Source: Spirochaetota bacterium | GTDB taxonomy: Bacteria; Spirochaetota; Spirochaetia; ARS1246 | Reading direction: 5' to 3' | Length of the DNA: 32,481 bases | NCBI GenBank assembly: GCA_024275515.1 | Contig: JAJRYZ010000063.1 | Span: forward strand, 1 to 32,481 | Notes under the pieces: model-generated | Told to the model about the DNA's origin: nothing | What the model saw: the letters and a program-made list of their open reading frames with translations, nothing else | Databases searched by the model: none | Position numbers and translations under genes: made by a program | Part shown: positions 1 to 8,346 of the stretch, one piece after another | How positions within the stretch are numbered: the first letter of the stretch is position 1 | How the letters are laid out: every line of letters begins with the position of its first letter

Positions 1-336
1 CCGCAGAAAAGGCCAGTTACGAAGCGTCGTTAAATAAGCAACAATCCCGACCGAGACGAGAATAAAGACTGACGGGCTGATTAGCACTTGTGCGATGCCG
101 GTACCCGTACTTTCGATTCCACCGAAAACGTTGATCGCCGCGATAACGAAACACGCGACGGTGCCGGCATGTCCCACCCGCCTCTGCATGACGAAAACAA
201 GATCGCTTCGTCGAACAGGCGTCACGGCGTTCCTCAGAGCACTCCTCCCGTCCGGAATGACGACGGATTCAAAACCTGCCGCACGCGTTCCCGTTTGCTG
301 CCGCAAGATGAACTTCGCGAACCCCAAAGAGAGCAT
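1..336 (-). CDS. Hypothetical membrane protein, partial (5' end only; continues off the window start). Alternative start at ATG 189.
   Basis: Minus-strand frame is open from ATG at 336 (and in-frame ATG at 189) to position 1 with no stop, so the ORF track did not list it. Translation from 189 is MQRRVGHAGTVACFVIAAINVFGGIESTGTGIAQVLISPSVFILVSVGIVAYLTTLRNWPFLR, i.e. two hydrophobic TM-like segments. A perfect TATAAT (358-363, minus) lies in the AT-rich stretch upstream of the 336 start. Confidence 0.3.
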   Translation of the reverse strand, partial: MLSLGFAKFILRQQTGTRAAGFESVVIPDGRSALRNAVTPVRRSDLVFVMQRRVGHAGTVACFVIAAINVFGGIESTGTGIAQVLISPSVFILVSVGIVAYLTTLRNWPFLR

Positions 337-553
337 TCATCCAGTACAGACTTATTCATTATAAAATCTATTCCAACATTTTATCCTATAAAAGCTCATA
401 GTGCAACCGTACCGGCGGCATTCGGACCGCGGGCCGAATCGACAAGGCGGTCGAACGCGCGCGGATTTCGTCCGCCCGTTGTCTACAGAATCCGGATCAT
501 CACCAAAAGAGGCGGCGTTGCATCTCTACCACGCCCGCGTTACGCTTAAATCG

Positions 554-1858
554 ATGAACCGTCAAAGCGGGTCACCCGCAGGCTTTCACGAGTTTTCGAT
601 ACTTGCTGAAACACTTCACCTCCTCATCGACCGTTACTTCCTTCAGCCGGAGACCGGCCTCTACTACACCTACATCGATCCTTACGAAGTAGGTCGAATC
701 AATCTCCCGTCCCGACGTCAAATCGACAATGACGTGCCGAACTCCAATGGATGGTGCACGCCGATCGAAGATAGCTGCATGTACGGCTCACGACTCCTGA
801 TCGCGGAGATCGATCGGTACTCAGTCGCCGCCTGCGAAGCGACGGCCGGACGAGCGCGTCGGCTTTTTGAAGGCCTGATGCTGCTCTCCGAGGCGAGTTC
901 GGTTCCCGGCTTCATACCGCGGGGCGTCCTCCCCGACGGACAGACCCACTATCGGGATTCGTCGATCGATCAGCAATCGCATTGGATTACGGCATTGTGG
1001 CGTTATCGGCGGTCACCGATTGCATCGCCCGTCGAATGCGGACGAATCGACCGCACGATAGAAGCCTACGCGACGGCGGTTTATGAAGCCGGCTGGAGAC
1101 TCGAGCGCGAAGACGGTCGGCTCACGAGTTGGGGCGATCTCCTTTCCGGCGACCCTCCCCGAGGCCCGTTCTGTGCGATGCTCATTGCCGCGATCGCTTC
1201 GGATATTACCGGGTTGTCCGAATGGCGCGATCGTTACCGCCGTCTTCGGGACGACAAACGACGAAGCACGGCCGCACGTCTTGCCGACGGTGCGTTGTTT
1301 GAGAACCCTCCGTGGGTGACGAGCCAGACGACGGTCGTTCTTGACGCACTTCGCAGACTCGAGTCCGACCGAACGTGGCGGCGCCGGTACGCCGCCGCAC
1401 TGAGCCGGATATCACGCGACGCCGCCGATCTGATACGCAATCGAGAATCGTATTCGATCGGGCGGGGCCGCACGGATCTTTCTCATCGGCTTGATACGTT
1501 CCGCAACATCGTGACCGGCGCCGTCTGCGTGAGCTACGATCCCGGCGCGGCGTCCGCCCTCCGCGGTGCGCCTGTATGCATTCGCGCACTGCTGTCGTTG
1601 CCCTACCACTCCGAAGCAAAAGAACTTGCCCTGATCGAACCGGTCATCACGTTTCAGGCCAAGGCGGCTGAACGTCGAATCCTGGACGTTTCGGAGCCTG
1701 CGCCCCCCGATATCGGCGTCGGCGTCGACCCCATTCCGCCCGGCGAACAAGTACGGTTTCACACGATTGGATGGTACGACGCAGGATGTCGCACGTACAA
1801 CGGTCTCCCAAGTCGCCCGGGGGTGCCCGAGTCCCAACACCGCTTCGTCGTAGGATAG
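554..1858 (+). CDS. Hypothetical protein, possibly (alpha/alpha)6-barrel glycosidase-like. Start taken at internal ATG 554 of the 401..1858 ORF.
   Basis: Long ORF with non-repetitive composition (YIDPYEVG, NSNGWCTPIEDSCMYGS, HWITALW). The 51 residues upstream of 554 are Arg/Gly-rich junk. No recognisable catalytic motif and no SD, so start and function are uncertain. Confidence 0.4.
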   Translation: MNRQSGSPAGFHEFSILAETLHLLIDRYFLQPETGLYYTYIDPYEVGRINLPSRRQIDNDVPNSNGWCTPIEDSCMYGSRLLIAEIDRYSVAACEATAGRARRLFEGLMLLSEASSVPGFIPRGVLPDGQTHYRDSSIDQQSHWITALWRYRRSPIASPVECGRIDRTIEAYATAVYEAGWRLEREDGRLTSWGDLLSGDPPRGPFCAMLIAAIASDITGLSEWRDRYRRLRDDKRRSTAARLADGALFENPPWVTSQTTVVLDALRRLESDRTWRRRYAAALSRISRDAADLIRNRESYSIGRGRTDLSHRLDTFRNIVTGAVCVSYDPGAASALRGAPVCIRALLSLPYHSEAKELALIEPVITFQAKAAERRILDVSEPAPPDIGVGVDPIPPGEQVRFHTIGWYDAGCRTYNGLPSRPGVPESQHRFVVG

Positions 1859-1897
1859 AGCCCGACCATCCTTCGACCGGGAAATACCGCGGGACCG

Positions 1898-2131
1898 CTA
1901 CATATACGAATCGCGGACTATGTCCTCACCGTGCATTCTCGCGGCTCGTTCGGCCTCCTGCTCGCTATCGAAATATCTCGGCTCGATTTTTTGCTCGACT
2001 CCGCTCGTCTCGTCGGACGGATCCATTCGAATTATTATCGTGTAGGTCCACCTTCCACCTTCGCGGTGTGGCTTCGCGACCCTGGTTACGTGTGTCTCGA
2101 CCGCGCGGCCCCGAAATTCGTACAATCCCAT
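1898..2131 (-). CDS. Small hypothetical protein (77 aa), conserved-looking, function unknown.
   Basis: ATG at 2131 preceded by AAGGAGG with a 4-nt spacer (revcomp of 2132-2143). Protein MGLYEFRGRAVETHVTRVAKPHREGGRWTYTIIIRMDPSDETSGVEQKIEPRYFDSEQEAERAARMHGEDIVRDSYM has balanced composition. Directly downstream of the histidine kinase. Confidence 0.55.
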   Translation of the reverse strand: MGLYEFRGRAVETHVTRVAKPHREGGRWTYTIIIRMDPSDETSGVEQKIEPRYFDSEQEAERAARMHGEDIVRDSYM

Positions 2132-2183
2132 GGCGCCTCCTTTGTGCCGCATTGTATCGGAACCGTGGCTGCGCGTCAGGTGG

Positions 2184-2200
2184 TGATTCGAATCATTATA
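2184..2200 (-). promoter_or_regulatory. Perfect -10 TATAAT (2200..2195, minus) overlapping the HK stop codon, followed immediately by the 12-bp perfect palindrome TGATTCGAATCA (2184-2195). Putative promoter/operator of the 77-aa gene.
   Basis: Read directly from the sequence. The -35 is poor (TTTTCG/TTCGTC at 16-18 nt spacing). Confidence 0.35.
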
Positions 2201-4493
2201 CTATGGGCATAAGGATGACGAAAACGGTACCTTCTCCCGGGCGGCTTTCGACGCTTACCTGCCCGCCGCTCTGCGTCACGAAACCATACACCGTCGACAG
2301 CCCGAGCCCCGCACCCTTGCCCGTTTCCTTGGTCGTAAAAAACGGCTCGAAAAGACGGTCCATCACGTGTGCGTCCATCCCGATTCCGGTGTCGGATACC
2401 GACAGCGACACATAGGCGCCGGAGGTAACCTCGCCCATTTTGACCGATACGGTTGTTGAAACGGGCGTCGCGATAGACGTTGAAACGTCGTTCACGCCTA
2501 TTTCGCACCGGGATGTGGCGATAGTCAAAGTACCTCCGTCGGGCATCGCGTCACGAGCGTTGACGACCAGGTTCAACAACACTCGCTCCAGTTGTTGCCG
2601 GTCGGTTCGTATGCGCGCGCCGCCTGCGTCGAGGGCGAGCGCAAGGTGAGTCCGCTCGCCGAGCACTTGCTCGATAATCCCCTGCATTTCGGTAATCACC
2701 GAGTCGGGATTGACCTCATCCTCCCGAAGCGCCTGCCGGCGCCCGAAAGCGAGCAGCTGCTCGATCAATCCGGAAGCCCGGGAGGTCGCGCGGCCGATTT
2801 CTTCAACCGCATCGCGCACACCGTGATGATGACCGAAATCCTGAGATAATACGGAAGTGTAGCCTCGTATGGCGCCCAGAATGTTGTTCAGGTCGTGCGC
2901 GAGTCCGCCGGCCATCGTGCCCACCGCCTCGATCTTTCGCGCCTGGAGCAATCGGTCCTGCGTTCGTTCCAGCTCATTCAGGCTTTCCCGAAGCCCGACC
3001 ATGAGCGCAGCCTTGCGCCATGCCGCCGCGATCTGATTCGCAAGCGCGGTAAGAACGGGCGCGTCGCTTTCCCGCAGATCATTTCCGCCGAGAACGAGCA
3101 GGCCGATCACCTCGTCCTCCGAAACCAACGGAGCGGCGAACGACTTGGAAGCCCCGTAGCCCAGCCCTTCGGCCGACGACGAGACCGGCGCAAACACCAG
3201 TTCCGTGGGAAGCAACTTGGGACGATGGTTGCCGAGCAATTCGGAGAGGATCGGCGCCTTGGTCGGATCGATCGTCTCGGGAATCCGATCATCCTCGATC
3301 GTCGAATAGTAGAGAGAAAGCTGTCGCTCGCCCTCGTTCGACTTGTAACAGATGCACAAAAAGCCGAGTTCCTCGAGGACCGCGCCGACGGCCGGACATA
3401 ACTCCTCCGACACAATGGTTTGCTCCATGGCCAACGCCGCACGGTTCAGCGCGAGAAGCAGCCTCTCGAATCGTTTTCGGTCGGTGATGTCGGTAATGAC
3501 TCCCAAGACCGCCTTCTCCCCGTCGTACTCGATCAGTTTCGTCGCGAGAATCGCGTCGATCCGCACTCCGTCCCGACGCATCAAACCGCACTCGAAAGGA
3601 GGCGCCTCGTTGCCGGTCGCGTGCACCGCCAGTCGTTCCTTCACCGTATCGAGCGAATCCGGGGCGACGAGCCGAAGGAAATCGAAATCGCCGCGACATA
3701 GCTCGGATCGCCCGTAACCCATGACCTCGCCCCAGACGGTGTTCGCGTAGACGATTCGGTCGTGACGGTTGATGAAGATCATGTTCGGCGACTGTTCGGC
3801 GAGCGACCGAAACTTCGCTTCGGATTCTCTGAGCGGGTTGAAAAGCTGTTTCCGTAGTACCGCGTATCCGAGCGTTCCGATCCCTACGGCCGCCGCGATC
3901 GAGAGCGCAGGAAACGCGGCTTGGAGGAAGCCGTCGACGATCATGCCGACGGCGAGAAGCAGCACCGCCCACGACGAGTAGGAATCGCCCAGGCGTCTTC
4001 GAGATTGTCGGAACAACCGGAGGGTCCACGCGAACAGGGTCACGGGAACAATCCCATAGACCCACACCGCGCCGCTCACCGACACCACGACCGACCCGTT
4101 GGCTACAATTCGCGGGTCGGATACGATCCGTCCGCCGAAGAGCGGAACGGCGAACGCAGCCGTCGCGAGAACACCGAGCGCACCCGCCGCCGCGTGCACG
4201 CGCGTCCACCGCTCGGTGTGGTGAGATGCAAAGATGAACAGCGTCGGCGGAATCAGACCGAACGTCAGACCCACAAACTCGGTGAGCACCAACGGGTTGC
4301 CGGCGCCGAACCAAAGCGACAGCAGCAGAAGCAACATGAGAATCGTCCACGTGGCGAAAACGGCGGCGAAAACGACGAAACTGAGGTTGCGGAGCCGCTT
4401 GATTTCGGAGGAGGCGGCAATCAACAGCATCGAAAGCGCCACCGCCGCGGAGAAAACGACCGCGGCTATGTCGAGGGCAAGCAGAACCGGCAT
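2196..4493 (-). CDS. Sensor histidine kinase: N-terminal multi-TM sensor domain, PAS, GAF, HisKA, HATPase_c; no receiver domain.
   Basis: About six hydrophobic helices in the first ~230 aa. PAS-like EAKFRSLAEQSPNMIFINRHDRIVYANTVW. H-box AGGLAHDLNNILGAIRGY. N/G boxes LLNLVVNARDAMPDGG, DTGIGMD, GKGAGLGLSTVYGFV. Confidence 0.9.
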   Translation of the reverse strand: MPVLLALDIAAVVFSAAVALSMLLIAASSEIKRLRNLSFVVFAAVFATWTILMLLLLLSLWFGAGNPLVLTEFVGLTFGLIPPTLFIFASHHTERWTRVHAAAGALGVLATAAFAVPLFGGRIVSDPRIVANGSVVVSVSGAVWVYGIVPVTLFAWTLRLFRQSRRRLGDSYSSWAVLLLAVGMIVDGFLQAAFPALSIAAAVGIGTLGYAVLRKQLFNPLRESEAKFRSLAEQSPNMIFINRHDRIVYANTVWGEVMGYGRSELCRGDFDFLRLVAPDSLDTVKERLAVHATGNEAPPFECGLMRRDGVRIDAILATKLIEYDGEKAVLGVITDITDRKRFERLLLALNRAALAMEQTIVSEELCPAVGAVLEELGFLCICYKSNEGERQLSLYYSTIEDDRIPETIDPTKAPILSELLGNHRPKLLPTELVFAPVSSSAEGLGYGASKSFAAPLVSEDEVIGLLVLGGNDLRESDAPVLTALANQIAAAWRKAALMVGLRESLNELERTQDRLLQARKIEAVGTMAGGLAHDLNNILGAIRGYTSVLSQDFGHHHGVRDAVEEIGRATSRASGLIEQLLAFGRRQALREDEVNPDSVITEMQGIIEQVLGERTHLALALDAGGARIRTDRQQLERVLLNLVVNARDAMPDGGTLTIATSRCEIGVNDVSTSIATPVSTTVSVKMGEVTSGAYVSLSVSDTGIGMDAHVMDRLFEPFFTTKETGKGAGLGLSTVYGFVTQSGGQVSVESRPGEGTVFVILMPIV

Positions 4494-4508
4494 TCGGAAA
4501 CCGCCTGC

Positions 4509-5291
4509 CTAAAGCGTGGCGAGCACGCCTTCAATCATCTCACGCGTCTTTCGAACGTTCGCGTCGACCTCTTCGACCGTCGCGCCGCCGACGCATTCGA
4601 GATAGAGCGGCCCGCGGAATCCACCGCGTGCAAGCACGCCCAGCACGGTGTCGAAATCGACCAGACCCTCTCCGGGAGTAATCATGACATCGGGTTCGCC
4701 GTCGCGCAGAACACAGTCCTTGATGATACAGGTCGTCACAGCCGGAGCGACCTCGGCAAGGTTGGTCTCCGGCCGCTCGGCGCCACGCGTGTAGTAGATG
4801 ATGTTGCCCGGATCGAAACAGATGCCGTAGGACGGATGGCCGACACGGGCGTTGAGTGACAATAGATCCTCGCTCGTCCGTGTAATGCCGCCGTGAGGTT
4901 TGGCGGAAATGCGTACCCCGGCATCCTGCGCGTAGGGCGCTGCGTTTTTCATAAGTTCCACGTACCGATCAAAATCGTCCGGATTCCCGGCGCCGAGATC
5001 GAGCAACCATGAAGCGCCGAGAACGGCCGCCCGGTCGATAAGTCGACGATACTTGGTCATTGCGTCACGCGTGTCAAGCTCCGCGCGGGCAAGAAGCATC
5101 GAAACTCGCAAGCCCAGGTCTTCGGCCGCAGCTTTAACTTCCGTCGCGTGCTCGTCCGAAGATGCGGAATCGATCCCCACGTTCGCGAATACCGCGACTT
5201 CGGAAAAACCGGCCGCGGCGATTCTTTCGAAGGCTTCGACAAAGCCGACCTTTCCGAAAGGACGAGTCGTACACCCAAGGGTCGGTTTCAC
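4509..5291 (-). CDS. Sugar phosphate isomerase/epimerase (xylose isomerase-like TIM barrel; IolI/inosose-isomerase-like family). GTG start at 5291 overlapping the upstream stop (GTGA).
   Basis: Motifs GICFDPGN and PGEGLVDFD and ~260-aa length fit PF01261-type proteins. The ORF-track start at 5483 adds an Arg/Gly-rich non-protein-like extension. GTG at 5291-5289 forms a 4-bp overlap with the TGA of the Gfo/Idh/MocA gene. Confidence 0.75.
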   Translation of the reverse strand: MKPTLGCTTRPFGKVGFVEAFERIAAAGFSEVAVFANVGIDSASSDEHATEVKAAAEDLGLRVSMLLARAELDTRDAMTKYRRLIDRAAVLGASWLLDLGAGNPDDFDRYVELMKNAAPYAQDAGVRISAKPHGGITRTSEDLLSLNARVGHPSYGICFDPGNIIYYTRGAERPETNLAEVAPAVTTCIIKDCVLRDGEPDVMITPGEGLVDFDTVLGVLARGGFRGPLYLECVGGATVEEVDANVRKTREMIEGVLATL

Positions 5292-6277
5292 GTCGAGTAC
5301 TCCACCGTCGCTTCGTCGAGATCGACCGACCGATACGCCGCCTCGGCGAGGGCGACGCTCGCCAATCCGTCCTCGCCGGTGACGGGAACCGACGCCTTGC
5401 CCCGGACGGCCGAGAGCCATCCGCGCAACTCGGCCTCGACCGGCGGTTCCTTCGACCACTCCGCCTCGAGATCGAGCTCGCACGTTCCATCGGCGGTATG
5501 CAGCGCAAGGGCCGAAGTATCGAAAACCGAATGAGAGATCATGGTCGCCTTTTCGAAGTAGAGTCGAAATCCATAGCAGCCCGAATGGTCACCCAGTCCG
5601 GTCTCATACGTCGCAACGCCGCCGGAAGCAAACCGGATCTGAACGGAAAGAAAGTCGACCGCGTTCTCCGTGTCCGACGCTCGGCTCGACAGCGAACGAA
5701 CGGATGCGGGACGACCGAGCAGGCATCGAAGCATGTCGAGTTCATGTATCCCGACTTCGAACAGGAGCCCGCCGCTTCGCCTGCGGTCGAGTCTCCACCC
5801 CGATGCTCCCGCCTTCAGCGCCTTGGTGCGTCGACAGATTGCCGCGGCGCGAAGCGCGCCGAACCGTCCGTCGGAAATACACCGTAGAATACTCCGGTAC
5901 GGTTCGTAGTACCGCAGCACCTGCCCGACCATCAGTTTGACGCCGTTTCGTCGTGCCGCATCGATCATATCCCGGCAACTTTTTACATCGACCGACATCG
6001 GCTTTTCTACGAACACGTGGACGCCGGCATCGGCGGCCCGCACGGCGGCCGGCGCGTGCATGTCCGACGGCAGAGCGATCATCACACCGTCGAGACCGTC
6101 CCACGCGAACAACTCCTCCGCCGAGTTCACCGCCGCGGCGCCGCGCCGTGACGCGACGGCCGCCGCCGCGTCGCGGTCGAGATCGAACACGACGACCAGG
6201 CTCGCTTCGGTTATTCCGTCGAGCCCTTCCGCCAGGTTCGCGCCCATCTGACCGCATCCCCACAGACCTATCCTCAT
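5288..6277 (-). CDS. Gfo/Idh/MocA family NAD(P)-dependent oxidoreductase (inositol 2-dehydrogenase-like). True start at MRIGLWGCG, 6277.
   Basis: N-terminal Rossmann MRIGLWGCGQMGANLAEGL and the characteristic EKP motif (VFVEKPMSV). About 329 aa. Confidence 0.8.
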   Translation of the reverse strand: MRIGLWGCGQMGANLAEGLDGITEASLVVVFDLDRDAAAAVASRRGAAAVNSAEELFAWDGLDGVMIALPSDMHAPAAVRAADAGVHVFVEKPMSVDVKSCRDMIDAARRNGVKLMVGQVLRYYEPYRSILRCISDGRFGALRAAAICRRTKALKAGASGWRLDRRRSGGLLFEVGIHELDMLRCLLGRPASVRSLSSRASDTENAVDFLSVQIRFASGGVATYETGLGDHSGCYGFRLYFEKATMISHSVFDTSALALHTADGTCELDLEAEWSKEPPVEAELRGWLSAVRGKASVPVTGEDGLASVALAEAAYRSVDLDEATVEYST

Positions 6278-6360
6278 CGTACACTCCTTCTGCCGGCCCG
6301 AGTCAACCTCGACTGTACTGTAGCATAGTTGCCGGCGCTTCGAAACCGGCGACGAACGCG

Positions 6361-7290
6361 TCACGACACGACGAGAACCCGCGCGCCTTCCCGCCGCCCC
6401 TCTTTCACGTCGGTCAACGCCCGGTTCGCCTCGGCGAGAGTATGCGTTTCAACCACCGGCGCGATGGGAATCTCGGCGGCTATGCGAAGAGCGTTTCGGA
6501 TGTCTTTCCGCGTCACGTTGGCCACGGTGGTCAATTGCTTCTCCATCCACAAATGGGTCCTGTAATCGATCCGGGTCAGCACCGCTTTATCCACGTCTGT
6601 TTTGCCGATCGCGTTTATCACCAGCCGACCTCCCGGCGCAAGCATACGCATCCCGTCGACGACCGCACGCCATACCGGCGTCGTGTCGATCAGCGCGTCC
6701 ATCAACGCAGGCGGTTGATCATCGGGTGAACCCGCCCAATCGGCGCCAAGCCGGCTCGCGAGCACCCTCTTGGAGTTATTTCGGGTAACGACGAAAAGGC
6801 TGGAATCCGGATAGCGATGTCTCGCCATCTGCAGAACGATATGCGCCGAGGCGCCGAAACCGAAAAAGCCGAGGACCTGCCCGTTCTCGATTCCGGCGAG
6901 CCTGAGCGATCGATATCCGACACCCCCCGCGCAGAGAAGCGGAGCGGCGGTGACGTCGTCGAAGCGATCCGGTATCGGGTATGTCGACGCCTCGGGAACG
7001 ACCAAGCACTCGGCGTACCCGCCGTCGACGTCGCGCCCGGTGGCTCGAAAGGCGGCGCACAGATTCTCCCGTCCCCGACGGCAGTAGCGGCAACACCCGC
7101 AAGAGTCGAACACCCATCCGACACCGACGCGGTCGCCTATCGATCGAGCGACCGTTCCCTCCCCGACCGCGTCGACTACTCCAACGGCCTGATGCCCCGG
7201 AACGATCGGCAGCCGCGCCGGCGAGACTCTGCCTTCGATTTCGTCGATTTCGGTGTGACACACGCCGCAGGCGCGCACGCGAATCCTCAC
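6361..7290 (-). CDS. Zinc-dependent alcohol dehydrogenase (MDR superfamily). N-terminus interrupted by an in-frame TAG (7339-7341), so the gene is possibly a pseudogene or reinitiates at GTG 7290.
   Basis: Catalytic-Zn motif ACGVCHTE, structural-Zn 4-Cys DSCGCCRYCRRGRENLC, NAD fold GFFGFGASAHIV. Upstream in frame reads ATG(7356)-R-K-G-D-TAG-PLELRELPAPSPGPGE-GTG(7290). Confidence 0.8.
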   Translation of the reverse strand: MRIRVRACGVCHTEIDEIEGRVSPARLPIVPGHQAVGVVDAVGEGTVARSIGDRVGVGWVFDSCGCCRYCRRGRENLCAAFRATGRDVDGGYAECLVVPEASTYPIPDRFDDVTAAPLLCAGGVGYRSLRLAGIENGQVLGFFGFGASAHIVLQMARHRYPDSSLFVVTRNNSKRVLASRLGADWAGSPDDQPPALMDALIDTTPVWRAVVDGMRMLAPGGRLVINAIGKTDVDKAVLTRIDYRTHLWMEKQLTTVANVTRKDIRNALRIAAEIPIAPVVETHTLAEANRALTDVKEGRREGARVLVVS

Positions 7291-7544
7291 CTCACCCGGC
7301 CCCGGCGACGGAGCGGGAAGTTCGCGAAGCTCAAGCGGCTAATCGCCTTTCCTCATCACCCCGATTCTGCATAAAACCATTGCCTTCACGCGGATGCTCC
7401 GGAGACGCTGTTTTTGCCGCCGCGCCGAACGACACGGCTCCAATCTTCGAATAGTATGTGGGCGAAAACGCACGAGGGCAACCCGACGGAGGCCGTTCCC
7501 GACGACGACCCGACCTGCTTGATAACTCGGATTCCTATCGGTAC

Positions 7545-8336
7545 TTAGGTGAGCCCGAGGAGTCGCTGCGCGTTACCCCCCAGAAGCGCCTTCCGGCGCC
7601 CCTCTTCAATATCAAGCGCGTTGATCGCCTCGATGTCTCGGAGCTGGCTCGCCCACGGAGAATCGCTTCCGAACAGAACCCGCGCGGCCGGGTGCGCGTC
7701 GAGAAACTCGCGCGCCCGGGCGGCCCCGAGAAACGGTATCGAATAAGAAGTATCGATGTAAACGTCGCGACCGAGAAGGTGTCGCTCAACCTCGTCCCAC
7801 TCCTCCCAGCCGCCGAAATGCGTAGCGATGAGCTTGAGAGCGTCAAAGCTCCGGAGGACCTCGGCCACCATCGCCGGCGCGGCAAGCCTCGTTCGCGCGT
7901 AGGCCATGTCGTAGCCGGTATGCAGCAGGAGCACCAGGCCTTCCCGCTCGATCCGCCCGAAAAGGCTGAGAATCCTCGAATCGGTCAGCGTGAAATCCTG
8001 ATAATACGGGTGAAGCTTGATCCCGACGAAGCCCGACGTCCTGATCTCGGTAATCTGATCGAGCGCCCGTGGATGTAAAGGGTGGACCGAAGGAAAGGGA
8101 ACGATTCGGCGCGAAGCGATGCTGCGCGACCACGTGAGAATCGAGTCGAACTGCTCGGGGCGCGTGGCGATCGAAGCTACCACCGACACGTCGACGCCGG
8201 CCTCGTCCATCGAGTCGAGCAACGACCCGATCGTGCCGTCGAGAAACGCTCGCGCGTCGCCTGCGGCTTCTAGCGAGGGCACGGCGCGACGGGCGAGAAC
8301 GTCGGGGAACGCGTGAGTATGAACGTCGATTATCAC
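7545..8336 (-). CDS. Amidohydrolase-2 family metal-dependent hydrolase (PF04909-like TIM barrel).
   Basis: N-terminal MIIDVHTHAFPD metal-binding His pair; later HTGYD and DTSYSIP. 263 aa. Confidence 0.75.
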   Translation of the reverse strand: MIIDVHTHAFPDVLARRAVPSLEAAGDARAFLDGTIGSLLDSMDEAGVDVSVVASIATRPEQFDSILTWSRSIASRRIVPFPSVHPLHPRALDQITEIRTSGFVGIKLHPYYQDFTLTDSRILSLFGRIEREGLVLLLHTGYDMAYARTRLAAPAMVAEVLRSFDALKLIATHFGGWEEWDEVERHLLGRDVYIDTSYSIPFLGAARAREFLDAHPAARVLFGSDSPWASQLRDIEAINALDIEEGRRKALLGGNAQRLLGLT

Positions 8337-8346
8337 GTGAATCTCC

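Noticed and set aside
88-549. Plus-strand ORFs 88..549 and 95..364 at the window start
   Set aside because: Arg/Pro-rich, they overlap the better-supported partial minus-strand membrane gene and an AT-rich promoter stretch, and have no RBS. Typical high-GC alternate-frame artefacts.
2181-2195. GGTGATTCGAATCA resembling a tRNA T-arm (GGTTCGAATCC)
   Set aside because: No acceptor, D or anticodon arms can be built from the surrounding 75 nt. It is instead a 12-bp perfect palindrome at the +1 of a TATAAT promoter (reported as an operator candidate).
3289-4859. Long alternate-frame ORFs (3289..4350 minus, 3921..4859 plus) inside or antisense to the histidine kinase and isomerase
   Set aside because: Extreme Arg/Gly/Asp low-complexity composition with no domain-like segments. 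Wholly contained in or antisense to genes with clear domain signatures.
6278-6360. Hairpin GCCGG-N10-CCGGC after the ADH stop, and weak hairpins at 24350-24375 and 27035-27055
   Set aside because: Short stems, long loops, no downstream U-tract. Could be weak intrinsic terminators, but not distinguishable from background GC-rich self-complementarity.
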